NCBI GenBank assembly: GCA_963705165.1 | Contig: CAVPJD010000002.1 | Span: forward strand, 1 to 64,000 | Source of the DNA: an uncultured delta proteobacterium | GTDB taxonomy: Bacteria; Desulfobacterota; Syntrophia; Syntrophales; UBA2192 | DNA length: 64,000 nt | Reading direction: 5' to 3' | Part shown: in pieces, positions 21,926 through 31,334 of the stretch | Layout: the number at the start of each line of letters is the position of its first letter | Numbering within the stretch: the first letter of the stretch is position 1 | Program-made: the position numbers and the translations under genes | Notes under the pieces: generated by a model | Databases searched by the model: none | Told to the model about the DNA's origin: nothing | The model's input: only the letters and a program-made list of their open reading frames with translations

Positions 21926-22011
21926 GTCATTGCGAGTGAAACGAAGCAATCTCGGCCGCTGAAAATCCTTGAGATCATGAGATCGCCACGTCGCTGCGCT
22001 CCTCGCGATGA
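21926..22011. repeat. Intergenic palindromic element (GTCATTGCGAG...CTCGCGATGAC)
   Basis: Terminal inverted repeats GTCATTGCGAG / CTCGCGATGAC plus inner GCAATCTC / GAGATCGC. Confidence 0.7.
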
Positions 22012-22126
22012 CGAGGCTAACGATTTGTCACGTGTTCACAATATATGGCGGAGCAAACAAATCTTTTTGACGAAACAGACTAAACAGACTAAATAGACCA
22101 GACAGACCACATGCCGGAGGCACACC

Positions 22127-23293
22127 ATGCAGAACTTTGTCTTTGAAAACCCCACGCGGATCATCTTCGGGAAAGGGTCCATCGCCAGGATCGGCGCCGA
22201 GGTCAAGCGCTTCGGCGGCCGCGTGCTCATGGTTTACGGGATGAGCAGCATCCGGACGACCGGGATCTACGAGCAGGTCCTGAATTCCCTCAAGGAGGCA
22301 GGCGTCGACATCGTGGAGCTTCCCGGCGTCAAATCCAACCCCCTTCTGTCCAAGGCAAAGGAAGGCATCGAGCTTGCCCGGTCCAAGAAGGTCGACGTGG
22401 TTCTCGCCGTGGGCGGCGGGAGCGTCATCGACACGGCCAAGACGATCGCCGCAGGGGCCAAGGCCGATCACGACCCCTGGGAGTTCTTCGTCTACACGAA
22501 GCTCGTCAAGGATGCCCTGCCCGTCCTCGTGGTCCTCACGCTCTCAGCCAGCGCCTCGGAGATGAACGCGGCTGCCGTCATCACCAAGGATGAAACCTGT
22601 CAGAAATTCAGCGTGCGAAGCCCGCTGATCCAGCCGAAAACGTCTATCCTCGACCCGGAAGCACTCTTTTCGCTCACGCCTGCCTACACGGCCTACAGCG
22701 CCGTCGACATCATCACGCACATGCTCGAGGGGTACTTCACCAACACGGAGACCGGCGAGAGCCCCCTGCAGGACCGGATGATCTACGCCTTCATGCGCAC
22801 GCTCATGGAGGCCACCGAGAAGTCGCTCGCGAACCCGAAGGACTACGACGCCAGGGCAAATTTCATGTGGTCGGGCACCCTGGCCTTCAACGGCCTCACG
22901 ACGGCGGGCATGGGCGTCGTGGGATTCCCCGTGCACATGATCGAGCACTCGCTTTCGGCCCTCTACGACATCGCCCACGGCGCGGGCCTCTCCATCATGC
23001 TTCCCGGCTGGATGGCCTGGTCTGCGAAAAAGAACCCGTCGCGATTCGCACGGCTGGCGAGGGAATTCTTCGGGGTTGCAGAGGCGGATGACGCAAAGGC
23101 AGCCGCCGCAGGCATCGCGAAGCTCAAAGGCTGGTTCAGCTCCATCAAGAGCCCCGTGTCTCTGAAGGAAGGCGGCATCCCCGAAGGCGACATCGAAAAG
23201 ATCGCCGACAACGCCGTCCAGCTCGCCCGGACGTGGAAGCTGAAGGACTACACGAAAGAGGTGATCGTGGACGTCCTGAACCACTGCCGCTAG
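22127..23293 (+). CDS. Iron-containing alcohol dehydrogenase (butanol dehydrogenase-like)
   Basis: FENPTRIIFG, AVGGGSVIDTAK, DIITHMLE, HMIEHSLS, HGAGL. Confidence 0.93.
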   Translation: MQNFVFENPTRIIFGKGSIARIGAEVKRFGGRVLMVYGMSSIRTTGIYEQVLNSLKEAGVDIVELPGVKSNPLLSKAKEGIELARSKKVDVVLAVGGGSVIDTAKTIAAGAKADHDPWEFFVYTKLVKDALPVLVVLTLSASASEMNAAAVITKDETCQKFSVRSPLIQPKTSILDPEALFSLTPAYTAYSAVDIITHMLEGYFTNTETGESPLQDRMIYAFMRTLMEATEKSLANPKDYDARANFMWSGTLAFNGLTTAGMGVVGFPVHMIEHSLSALYDIAHGAGLSIMLPGWMAWSAKKNPSRFARLAREFFGVAEADDAKAAAAGIAKLKGWFSSIKSPVSLKEGGIPEGDIEKIADNAVQLARTWKLKDYTKEVIVDVLNHCR

Positions 23294-23307
23294 AATGTAT
23301 TTAGGGT

Positions 23308-23432
23308 GGTCCTTCGGGGAACGGACCCTACGGAGCGGACCCTACGGGGGCGGACCCTACGTAGGGACCGTTCCCCGAACGGTTCACAAATACAGAAACC
23401 AACCCCTGTAGGGACCGTTCCCCGAACGGTCC
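23308..23432. repeat. GTAG-family REP cluster upstream of the RAYT
   Basis: Reverse REP 23308-23331, half-REPs 23332-23345 and 23346-23360, forward REPs GTAGGGACCGTTCCCCGAACGGT at 23361 and 23408. Confidence 0.9.
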
Positions 23433-23437
23433 GAAAT

Positions 23438-23911
23438 ATGATGACTCGAAAACAGATCCATATTAAAAACTTCGATTACTCGGGCAGCTCACACATCTAC
23501 TATTTGACTCTTTGCGCCTATAATGGAAAAACACTTTTCCAACACGAGGGAGTCGCAAAAGTAGTCATTGACGAATTGGACTTCAGACGGCGGGTGTCGC
23601 AAGAGATCAAGTTGTATTGCTTTTGCCTGATGCCGGATCACCTGCACCTTCTGATGTCACTGTCCGAAAACTATCAAAAGAGCTTGCAGAATTGGGTAGC
23701 TGCATTCAAGCGTTATAACGCAAGAGTGGCTAATCTTCTATACGAGGTGTCACCACTTTGGCAAAAGAATTTCTACGAGCATGTTGTGCGTACGGATGAA
23801 TCCCTTCTTAGAATAACCGAATACATTGTGAATAATCCTGTGAGAAAGGGTTTCGTTTCGAAGTGGCAGGATTACCCCTACAGCGGGAGGGCTGATTCGT
23901 TTCCGGTGTAG
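23438..23911 (+). mobile_element. REP-associated tyrosine transposase (RAYT/TnpA-REP, HUH Y1 family)
   Basis: 157 aa. MPDHLH HUH motif, WQKNFYEH, catalytic Tyr in YIVNNPV. AT-richer than its neighbours and flanked by REPs. Confidence 0.92.
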
Positions 23912-23920
23912 GCGGGTGGA

Positions 23921-24009
23921 GGTCCGCTCGGGGAGCGGACCCTACGGAGCGGATCTTACGTAGGGACCGTTCCCGCGGAACTGGATTCCATCATTCAGAC
24001 GGTCCCTAC
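23921..24009. repeat. GTAG-family REP cluster downstream of the RAYT
   Basis: Reverse REP 23921-23945, half-REP 23946-23959, 11-bp IR GTAGGGACCGT (23960-23970) / ACGGTCCCTAC (23999-24009). Confidence 0.88.
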
Positions 24010-24043
24010 ATATAATAACAGCGACAGCCAAAGGTCACACGCC

Positions 24044-24619
24044 ATGACTGGAATCATTCTCGCCGGCGGGAAGGCCAACCGCATGGGCGGCATCAACAAG
24101 GCCTTCATCGAGATCGGGGGCGAGCGCCTCATCGACCGGACGCTCCGGGTGTATCGATCCCTCTTCGAGGAGGTCATCATCTCCACCAACTCCCCGCTGG
24201 AGTACCTGGAATTCGATGCCCGGATCGTGACCGACATCCACAGGGGAAAGGGGCCCCTGGGGGGCATCCACGCGGGGCTCCTCCACGCAACCTGCGAGCA
24301 CGCCTTTGTCTCGGCCTGCGACATGCCCTATCTGAGCGAGGCATTCATCCACCACATGATGGAGCAGGCCGGTGGTTACGACCTGGCGGTTCCCGTCACG
24401 GTTAGCGGCTTCGAATCGCTGCATGCCATCTACTCCCGCAAGTGCCTCCCCTTCATCGAATCGCAGATCGAGATTGGCGAGTTGAAGGTTTCCCTTCTTT
24501 TCAAGAAGTTCAAGACCCGCGAGATCCACGGCAACGAGATCCGCCGCTTCGACCCCGAAGGGAAGCTCTTCGCCAACCTCAACCGCCCCGGCGATTTAAA
24601 CGAATTCAACCGTCCTTAA
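24044..24619 (+). CDS. mobA: Molybdenum cofactor guanylyltransferase
   Basis: GIILAGGKANRMGG, GPLGGI, ACDMP, NLNRPGD. Confidence 0.93.
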   Translation: MTGIILAGGKANRMGGINKAFIEIGGERLIDRTLRVYRSLFEEVIISTNSPLEYLEFDARIVTDIHRGKGPLGGIHAGLLHATCEHAFVSACDMPYLSEAFIHHMMEQAGGYDLAVPVTVSGFESLHAIYSRKCLPFIESQIEIGELKVSLLFKKFKTREIHGNEIRRFDPEGKLFANLNRPGDLNEFNRP

Positions 24620-24691
24620 TACGCGACACATAAACATGCGCGCCACGGAGGCGGGCCTGGCAGTCGGCACGAAACCCTGCCGGACTTTCAC

Positions 24692-24740
24692 TTGACATCC
24701 CTTTATGGCACATTGTAATATGCATACATAATATGCATAC
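24692..24740 (+). promoter_or_regulatory. vapBC promoter with duplicated palindromic operator
   Basis: TTGACA at 24692-24697. TAATATGCATAC direct repeat at 24716-24727 and 24729-24740, each containing the TATGCATA palindrome. GGAGG RBS follows. Confidence 0.75.
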
Positions 24741-24750
24741 TGGAGGCACT

Positions 24751-24966
24751 ATGAGAACAACCATCGTGCTCAACGAAGATTTGTTGAATGAGGTCAAGAC
24801 CCTTTCCGGGGCAAAGTCGAAAAGGGCTGCCGTGGAGAGGGCGCTCGAGGAGTTTGTGAGGCGAAGGAAGGCCCGCAAGCTGATCGAGCTCGAGGGCAAG
24901 ATGGAGCTTTCCTGCACCACCGATCAGCTCCTCGAAAGGAGAAAAAAGGATGTACCTCATCGATAG
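24751..24966 (+). CDS. vapB: VapB-family (RHH) antitoxin
   Basis: MRTTIVLNEDLL...SKRAAVERALEE. Overlaps the PIN toxin gene. Confidence 0.88.
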   Translation: MRTTIVLNEDLLNEVKTLSGAKSKRAAVERALEEFVRRRKARKLIELEGKMELSCTTDQLLERRKKDVPHR

Positions 24967-25348
24967 CTCGGTGTGGATTGAATACCTTCGGCCTTCGGGC
25001 TCGCCGAAGATCAAGGCCAGGGTGAGGAAAATCCTGGAAAGCGAAGAGGCCGTCACCTGCGGGGTTGTTGTGGTGGAGATCCTGCGCGGGGCAAGGACGG
25101 AAAAGGACTTCAAGGTGCTGAGGGATTCACTGTGCTCCCTTCCGGCCATACCCGTCAACGGGGAGGTGATCGACAGGGCCTCCCGCTGGGGTTTACTGCT
25201 CGACAGGAAGGGAAAGCAGGTCCCGACGACGGATCTCATCATCGCATCCTGCGCCCACAAAAAAGTTCGACTGCTCCATGCAGACAAGGATTTCGAGGTC
25301 ATCGCCTCGATTGGCGATCTTGACCAGGAGCGGCTTCCATCTGCCTGA
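24950..25348 (+). CDS. vapC: VapC-family PIN-domain toxin
   Basis: LIDSSVWIEY, VEILRGAR, TDLIIA, HADKDF. Confidence 0.92.
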   Translation: MYLIDSSVWIEYLRPSGSPKIKARVRKILESEEAVTCGVVVVEILRGARTEKDFKVLRDSLCSLPAIPVNGEVIDRASRWGLLLDRKGKQVPTTDLIIASCAHKKVRLLHADKDFEVIASIGDLDQERLPSA

Positions 25349-25361
25349 GATAGAGGAAGGA

Positions 25362-25417
25362 GACAGGCGAGACGCCTGTCCTACGAAGGGGTGGGAGGGG
25401 CGTCCCGCCCCTCAACC
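25362..25417. repeat. Back-to-back REP doublet of a second REP family
   Basis: Minus-strand GTAGGACAGGCGTCTCGCCTGTC (25384-25362) and plus-strand GTGGGAGGGGCGTCCCGCCCCTC (25391-25413). Confidence 0.75.
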
Positions 25418-25438
25418 ATAAAAAATCTGCCTGAAAAC

Positions 25439-25470
25439 AAGAGCGCCGGTCAATCGACCGGCGCTCTTTT
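25439..25470. terminator. Bidirectional intrinsic terminator
   Basis: AAGAGCGCCGGTC-AATC-GACCGGCGCTCTTTT between convergent vapC and the RiPP cassette. Confidence 0.8.
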
Positions 25471-26639
25471 CATTTACGAGCCATGGCCCTGAGGATCGGC
25501 CCGCTGTGGCGGCCGGCCATGTGCAACGGTCTGAAGAGGTAATAGAACGGCGAAAGCACATCGGGCAGCACCGACGGGTTCCACTCGCCGGCGGCAAGTG
25601 TCGCCATGAGCCTGCCCGCAAAGAGGAGTTGATCCAGCCGGCAATCCTTCGCCTTGAAGTAGAAGAAGTACCTCGCGGGGTCCACATCCGGGTTCACCGG
25701 GGTTTTCGCAACCACGTCCAGGGCTTTCCTCGCCAGGCTTCCCGCCATGAGGTCGGACTCGATCCGGGCAGAGATATGTTCCGGCAGGCTCGCCCCCGCC
25801 AGGCGCTTCGCCAGGAGAAGCCCCACGCAAAGAAGCCTCGTCACGCCGCAGCGCCCGGCAAGCTCAAAGGTGCGTGTCAGGTCCGGAGGCGCCGGCAAAG
25901 CGAGCAGGCCCGCCACGTCGGCGATCCATCCCAGCTTGCACCACAGGTGCTTGGCGCCGTGCACGCAGAGCATCAGGAGCGTCTCCTCCGGCGGGAGAAC
26001 GGGAAAGGCACAGCCGTTCCAGATCCGCGGCTCCAGCCTGGACCAGATACCGAGTCTCTCGTGGTCAAACCCGAAATATGCGGGTACGACGGCCCATTGG
26101 AGCTCGACCGGGAGTTTCCCGTCGCGGCGGAAGAATGAAGCCTCATACTCGGTTCGCCGGTGCGCGGAAAGCCTGCGCCTCAAGAGCGTTCTGTGCCCGT
26201 ATCCCTGCGCATCGAGGAATCGATGGCCCTCCGTGAGCCCTTCCTTTGGAATGAGGATGTCGAGATCCTTCGACTGCCTGCGGGCCGGGTCGCCATAGAG
26301 CATCACGGACAGGGCAGGCCCCTTGAAGGGATATGCCGGGATGCCGCACGACTCGAGCGCGTTCAGTATCCGGGAGAGCTCCGAGGCAAGAAAAAGCGCC
26401 CGCGCCGTGTTGTTGTGACAGAGACTGCGCAGAGCGGCTCATGGCCGCCGGGGGGATTTCACCCGGGCAGGCGGCAGGAAGGGCCCTGTACACAAGCGGG
26501 GCGACATTGTGCCACTCGCAGAGTCCGACGAAACGGTTCCAGTCCACAGTCTCGGGCAAGGCCGGCGGTGGGTCCGTCCGGTCGATTTGAGAAATGCGGT
26601 CCTGACACAGGACATCAGGAGGTCATGTTCCGGGCGCAT
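25470..26639 (-). pseudogene. Nucleotidyltransferase family protein (type seen in lasso/RiPP clusters), frameshifted
   Basis: Three consecutive frames join into MRPEHDLL...DWNRFV...HNVAPL...FKGPAL...YGDPARRQSKDLDILI...VELQW...HGAKH...WIAD. Shifts near 26580 and 26436. Confidence 0.82.
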
Positions 26640-27653
26640 GCCGGCATGCCTCCTTTTCCCCGGGGAGCGGCATCGGGACGGGACTTGTCTCCGGCAGGCT
26701 ATTCTCCAGCGCGGGAGCGATTTTGCGGTCGTAGAGCCTCGGGATCACGTGGGCCGGGGTTGAGGCAGGCGGCAAGGCACAGGCAGGCCGCAAGCGCCGG
26801 ATAATTCCCGCCGGCGTAGTGCAGGGCCGCCTTCTGGTAAAACCGCTCGCCTGACTTCCTTCCGCAAGGCATGAAGCCGGACGAGGCCACGGCATGCTCT
26901 TCTCGGCTCGAAGGAAATCCGCCAGCAAAGGCTCTTCCCTTCCGCTTACTCCTCGCCTCGGCGCAGGCCATGACCCAGCGGTGGCAGCGTTTCTGCTCGG
27001 CGTTTCGTTTCATGGTGAGGGATTCCCCGTGGAGCCGGTAGAGAAGAAGAGGCTCGGGCATTTTCAGCAGCAGATGCCCCTTCTCGGCCATTCTGAGCCA
27101 GAGATCCACGTCCTCGGCCTGGACAAATTGTTCCCGGTAGCCCCCCACGGCAAGGACGGTTTTCCGGTGCATCAGGGTCGAGGAGTGGACGAAAAAGACG
27201 GGCTCGCCCCGCCCTGCCATTTTCTCGAACTCCGTTCTTGTGAAAGGCCCGTCGGAATTCACGAGCCCGATGACCCTTCCTGTGCGGTTGATGAAATACC
27301 CCAGGGTGCCCACGATCCGCACATCGGGATGTCTCCGGATGAATGCGATCTGTCTCTGGAGCTTGTCCGGCAGGAAAACGTCGTCTGCATCGAGACGGGC
27401 AACCCATTCGCCCCGGGCTTCCTCGAACCCGAGATTCCCCGCAGCGGAAACCCCCCGATTGGCCTGGGACAGGATGCGGATGCGGGCATCGCGCCGGGCG
27501 CAGCGATCCATGACCGCGCGGCTGCCGTCCGTCGAGCCGTCGTCGACGATCAGGAGCTCGAAGTCCCGGATAGGTCTGGCTCAGGACGCTCTCGATGGCC
27601 TGCGCCAGGTATTTCTCCCCGTTATGAACGGGAATGACGACGGATACTTTCAT
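26623..27653 (-). pseudogene. GT2-family glycosyltransferase, frameshifted
   Basis: VSVVIPVHNGEKYL, IVDDGSTD, ARLDADD, AEDVDLW. Shifts near 27568 and 26755, and probably several at 26850-26945. Confidence 0.85.
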
Positions 27654-29493
27654 AGGGGATCACTTTGCCTCTCTCGTCTTTTCCGTCGGGGATCAGCTGG
27701 CTGGCGACGAGTTGCCGGTAATAATCGTTCGTACTCAAAAGCTCTCCGTGGGTGCCTTCCGCAACGAGGCGGCTTTCGTTCAGGACAAGGATGCGGTCCG
27801 AATCGATCACGGTCGAGAGCCGGTGGGCTACGATGAAGAGCGTCTTCCCCCGGGTCTCGGCGGGCAGGGTCTCCAGAAGGGTCTTCTCCGTGATCCCGTC
27901 GAGGGCCGCCGTGGGCTCGTCGAGCACCAGGATATCGGGGTCCTTCACGAGCGCCCGCGCAATCGCAAGCCTCTGCTTCTGCCCATCGGAGAGGTTCACG
28001 CCCTTCTCGCCCACCTCGCTTTCATACCCGCCGGGCAGGCCCATGATGAACTCGTGGATCCCCGCCACGCGGGCCGCATGAATGATTTCCTTCTCCGTGG
28101 CCTCGGGGTTCCCGTAGCGGAGGTTTTCCAGGGTCGTGCCGGAAAGCAGGATCGGGCTCTGGGAGACATAGCCGATCCGCTGCCGAAGCGAGCGGACGTC
28201 ATAATTCGCGGCGGGCTTTCCGTCGTAAAGGATCTCGCCCCTCGTCGGGTTGTAGAATCGAAGCAGCAGACTCAAAAGCGTCGTCTTGCCCACGCCGCTC
28301 GGCCCCACGACAGCGATGTGTTCGCCCGGGCTGACGCGGAAGGATACTTCGCTGAGTACGGGGTTTTTCGGGTCGTATTCGAAGGATACGTTCCTGAACT
28401 CGATCCCTCCTTCGAGTGCTTCGACCTTTTCACCCTTCTCTGCGTTTTCTTCCGGCACCACATCCAGCAGGGCCGTGAGGCGCTCGAGCGATGCCCGGAT
28501 GTTCTGCATCTGCAGGCCCGTCGAGGTGAGCGACTGCGCCGGACCGAAGACGCGGCCCAGGTAGGCCTGGAAGGCGAAGAGGGACCCCAGGCTCCAGTGG
28601 CCCGTGATGACCCAGTATGCGCCGATCGCGAAAACGCAGAAGTTAACGAGGCTCGGCGTCGAGGAAAGGGCCAGACCCGTCACGGAGCTCACGACGGAGC
28701 GCTCCGCAGATAACCGGAAGACCTGCCGCAGGCCGTTCATGATTCCCCCGACGGCCTTCTCCTCGGCGGCAAAGGCCTTGACCAGCGGGATCGAGTTGAG
28801 CGTCTCCTGGAAGCTGCTCATGTAACGGGCGTTCTCTTCGTTGCCCGCGTGGTTCAGGGCGTGCATCCGGTCGGAGAAACGCCGCAGGGCAAGAAGAAAG
28901 ACCGGCACGGCAGCAAGAGCCGCCAGCGCGAGCCTCCACTCCAGCCAGAAAAGAAGGATGATGCCGCCGATGAAGTACAGGATGTTCGTCACGATGCCCA
29001 CGAGGCTTCCCGAGAGAAACCAGGTCACGCTGCCGATGTCGCCCGTCATGCGCGCCAGGAGATAGCCCGTCTGGTTCTTGTCGAAGAAGGACTTGGGAAG
29101 GCTGAAGGAGTGGTCGAGCACCTGCTTCTGGATGTCGAGGGTCAGCTCCTGGCTGTAGCGCAGGAAAAACCAGTTCTGGAACAGGCCCATGGCGCGCGAG
29201 AAGAGGGCGATCACCGCCATGAGCAGAAGCACCCAGGGAAGAAGCAAAAGCTGTTTCCCCAATATGACGTCGTCGATGACAAAGCGGGAGACGAGCGGCA
29301 TGGGAAAGGCCATGAGGGCATTGAGCAGGATGAATCCCGCGCCCAGGGCCCCCTTCTTCCAGTGCCGCCGGAAAAACGGCAGGTGGCGGCGCAGGTTCTC
29401 GCCGATCCCTGCATAGGTCTTCCCCTCGGCAATCCGGTCCTCCGGCGCCTTCCGCGCAAGCCCGCTTTTCAGAGTTTCAATCCAGGTTTTCAT
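27622..29493 (-). CDS. ABC exporter, fused permease/ATPase
   Basis: Six-TM domain, Walker A GPSGVGKT, signature LSDGQ, LVLDEPT, AHRL. No N-terminal C39 peptidase domain. Confidence 0.93.
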   Translation of the reverse strand: MKTWIETLKSGLARKAPEDRIAEGKTYAGIGENLRRHLPFFRRHWKKGALGAGFILLNALMAFPMPLVSRFVIDDVILGKQLLLLPWVLLLMAVIALFSRAMGLFQNWFFLRYSQELTLDIQKQVLDHSFSLPKSFFDKNQTGYLLARMTGDIGSVTWFLSGSLVGIVTNILYFIGGIILLFWLEWRLALAALAAVPVFLLALRRFSDRMHALNHAGNEENARYMSSFQETLNSIPLVKAFAAEEKAVGGIMNGLRQVFRLSAERSVVSSVTGLALSSTPSLVNFCVFAIGAYWVITGHWSLGSLFAFQAYLGRVFGPAQSLTSTGLQMQNIRASLERLTALLDVVPEENAEKGEKVEALEGGIEFRNVSFEYDPKNPVLSEVSFRVSPGEHIAVVGPSGVGKTTLLSLLLRFYNPTRGEILYDGKPAANYDVRSLRQRIGYVSQSPILLSGTTLENLRYGNPEATEKEIIHAARVAGIHEFIMGLPGGYESEVGEKGVNLSDGQKQRLAIARALVKDPDILVLDEPTAALDGITEKTLLETLPAETRGKTLFIVAHRLSTVIDSDRILVLNESRLVAEGTHGELLSTNDYYRQLVASQLIPDGKDERGKVIPYESIRRHSRS

Positions 29494-29650
29494 ACTTAAG
29501 AAAATGGGGACCGACCCTTCTTTTCCCAAAAGATGCCAGAATCATGCCCGGTTAGGTTAAATGGGAACTGGCCCCACTTTCCTGATATGACGATGGGACT
29601 ATTCGAAAAAATGGAATCGTTATTTCCATTTTGAGTCGCAATATGGAAAT

Positions 29651-29746
29651 GAACTACCCTGCAGCAAGCTATCGGGTATCAACTGTCATTCCGGACTTGA
29701 TCCGGAATCCAGTCTTCGAATGGATTCCCGCTTTCGCGAGAATGAC
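29651..29746. repeat. Two adjacent palindromic repeat elements
   Basis: GAACTACCCTGCAGCAAGCTATCGGGTATC, followed by GTCATTCCGGACTTGATCCGGAATCC...GGATTCCCGCTTTCGCGAGAATGAC (terminal IR GTCATTC / GAATGAC). Confidence 0.65.
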
Positions 29747-29805
29747 GTATGCAAAGAGGGCTTCGGGGGATTGAACCCATAGGAATAAAAAGGTGTACCC
29801 CTTTT

Positions 29806-30414
29806 TCACGGCAGGGCCTGCTCGTCGACAAAGAGCCGGAAGGGCCGCCGGATGATCCACACGCCTGCGCCTGCGGGGCGCCGCCCGATGATGCGCCTTC
29901 CCAGGACAAGCTGCATCTCCCTTTCGCCGTCACGTTCGAACGTGATAACCCTCGGGCGCAATGCGGGGGGAATAAGCGCACGAAAAAGCCCGCTTCGGGC
30001 GATACCCCGATAGCAGGGGTTAAGGACATGGGAGGCCAGGTGGTCCGACTTTCGGAAAGCACGGATCAGTGCGACAAACAGGCGCCCCGCGATACCGCCC
30101 GCAACGGGGATCACCCTGCCTCCGCGCTCCCGGGACACGGCGCGGCCGACGATGTCATCCTGCCTCAAATGGCCTGTATCCCGGCATGGATTTGCATCTC
30201 CCCGGGTCCGGATCCCTTCAGGCCCATTGGAGACGACACGGTGGACGACGCGTTCCTGCTTTCCCGGCAGCAGGAAGATAATCACGTCGCCGCGCTTCAG
30301 CTCTTCGACGCGGCAGGGGACGAACACAATCCGGTCCCCCGGCCGAAGGAGAGGCTGCATGCTCTCGCCGCGGCAGAAGACCGCGCCGCTGGCCTTTTCA
30401 CCCGTTTCACTCAT
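29806..30414 (-). CDS. S24/S26-family (signal peptidase I-like, Ser-His) peptidase
   Basis: GESMQPLLRPGD, GDVIIF, VVHRV, TRGDAN. ATGA overlap with the upstream kinase-like gene. Confidence 0.85.
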   Translation of the reverse strand: MSETGEKASGAVFCRGESMQPLLRPGDRIVFVPCRVEELKRGDVIIFLLPGKQERVVHRVVSNGPEGIRTRGDANPCRDTGHLRQDDIVGRAVSRERGGRVIPVAGGIAGRLFVALIRAFRKSDHLASHVLNPCYRGIARSGLFRALIPPALRPRVITFERDGEREMQLVLGRRIIGRRPAGAGVWIIRRPFRLFVDEQALP

Positions 30415-31334
30415 GCCGATTTCAATCCTCGTAAAAGGGGACTGTCCCCTTTTTCCAATACCTCTTCGATTTTCTCCCAGAACCGGCCCGTGAGGCTCAG
30501 GCGCAGGATATAGGTCGGGACCGACCTGGCCATGGCGGCGGCATTGGCGAAGGCATTGCCGCCCAGGAGCTTTTTCTCAATGGATCGGTCATGCACTCTT
30601 ACGGACTCGAAGATCTTCATGGCCGCATCGGCCAGGACCACCGTGGCCATGGCCTTGCCGGCCGGGAGGATCTCGTCCTCGGCAGCCTGGGCGAGAAAGA
30701 AGACGGCCGACAGGTGAACGCCCTGCTTGATGTCCCAGGCGCGTTTTTCCGAATTCGGCCCCACGGCGCTCCACGTGGGGAGAGGATGGACCGCAAACCC
30801 GCCCCCGGGTCTGCGCACGGCGAGGGCCAGATCGTCACCGAGGGCGTTCCACTGCGGCGGCAGCCTGCGGCAGGCCGTCGATTTGCCCACGCCGCTCCGG
30901 CCGACAAGCAGCACCCCCTGGCCGTCATGCTCCACCAGGGCGCCGTGGAGCGGAAGGCCGCCCCGGCGCACGGTCAGGTCATAGACTGGGAACAGGGCGC
31001 ATCGCATCTGTTCCCTCACATGGAGATAATCCGCGGTCTCGTGGAGCCCGCAGACGATCTGCGGGACAGCCCGATGGCGCCAGATTTCCAGAAACGGGGA
31101 TCTGCGCACCTGCCATCCCTCCCCGTCGCACCCGTGAGGGGCCTGCGGGCAACCGTCACCCGTGCCTGATGAAGGCGGAAATCTCTCCAGGCGGATCGTC
31201 TCGTCCGCAGGGCCCTGCAATGGTTCGAGCCCGAGCAGGCGGGCGAGTTCGTCGGCCCACCCCCCGGTACCCTCCCCGGGCCGGATTTCCCAGCATTGGC
31301 CGTCGGAAAGGCGAAACCCGTAGATCGATCTCAT
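30411..31334 (-). CDS. scmC: HPr-kinase-like P-loop protein (SynChlorMet ScmC-like)
   Basis: PLHGALV...LLVGRSGVGKST, LGDD, HPLPTWS, and its context with the PqqD protein and two SPASM enzymes. Confidence 0.78.
   Translation of the reverse strand: MRSIYGFRLSDGQCWEIRPGEGTGGWADELARLLGLEPLQGPADETIRLERFPPSSGTGDGCPQAPHGCDGEGWQVRRSPFLEIWRHRAVPQIVCGLHETADYLHVREQMRCALFPVYDLTVRRGGLPLHGALVEHDGQGVLLVGRSGVGKSTACRRLPPQWNALGDDLALAVRRPGGGFAVHPLPTWSAVGPNSEKRAWDIKQGVHLSAVFFLAQAAEDEILPAGKAMATVVLADAAMKIFESVRVHDRSIEKKLLGGNAFANAAAMARSVPTYILRLSLTGRFWEKIEEVLEKGDSPLLRGLKSA

Noticed and set aside
23308..23432. Short direct repeats that might suggest a CRISPR array
   Set aside because: There are no unique spacers of regular length and no cas genes; REP sequences explain them.
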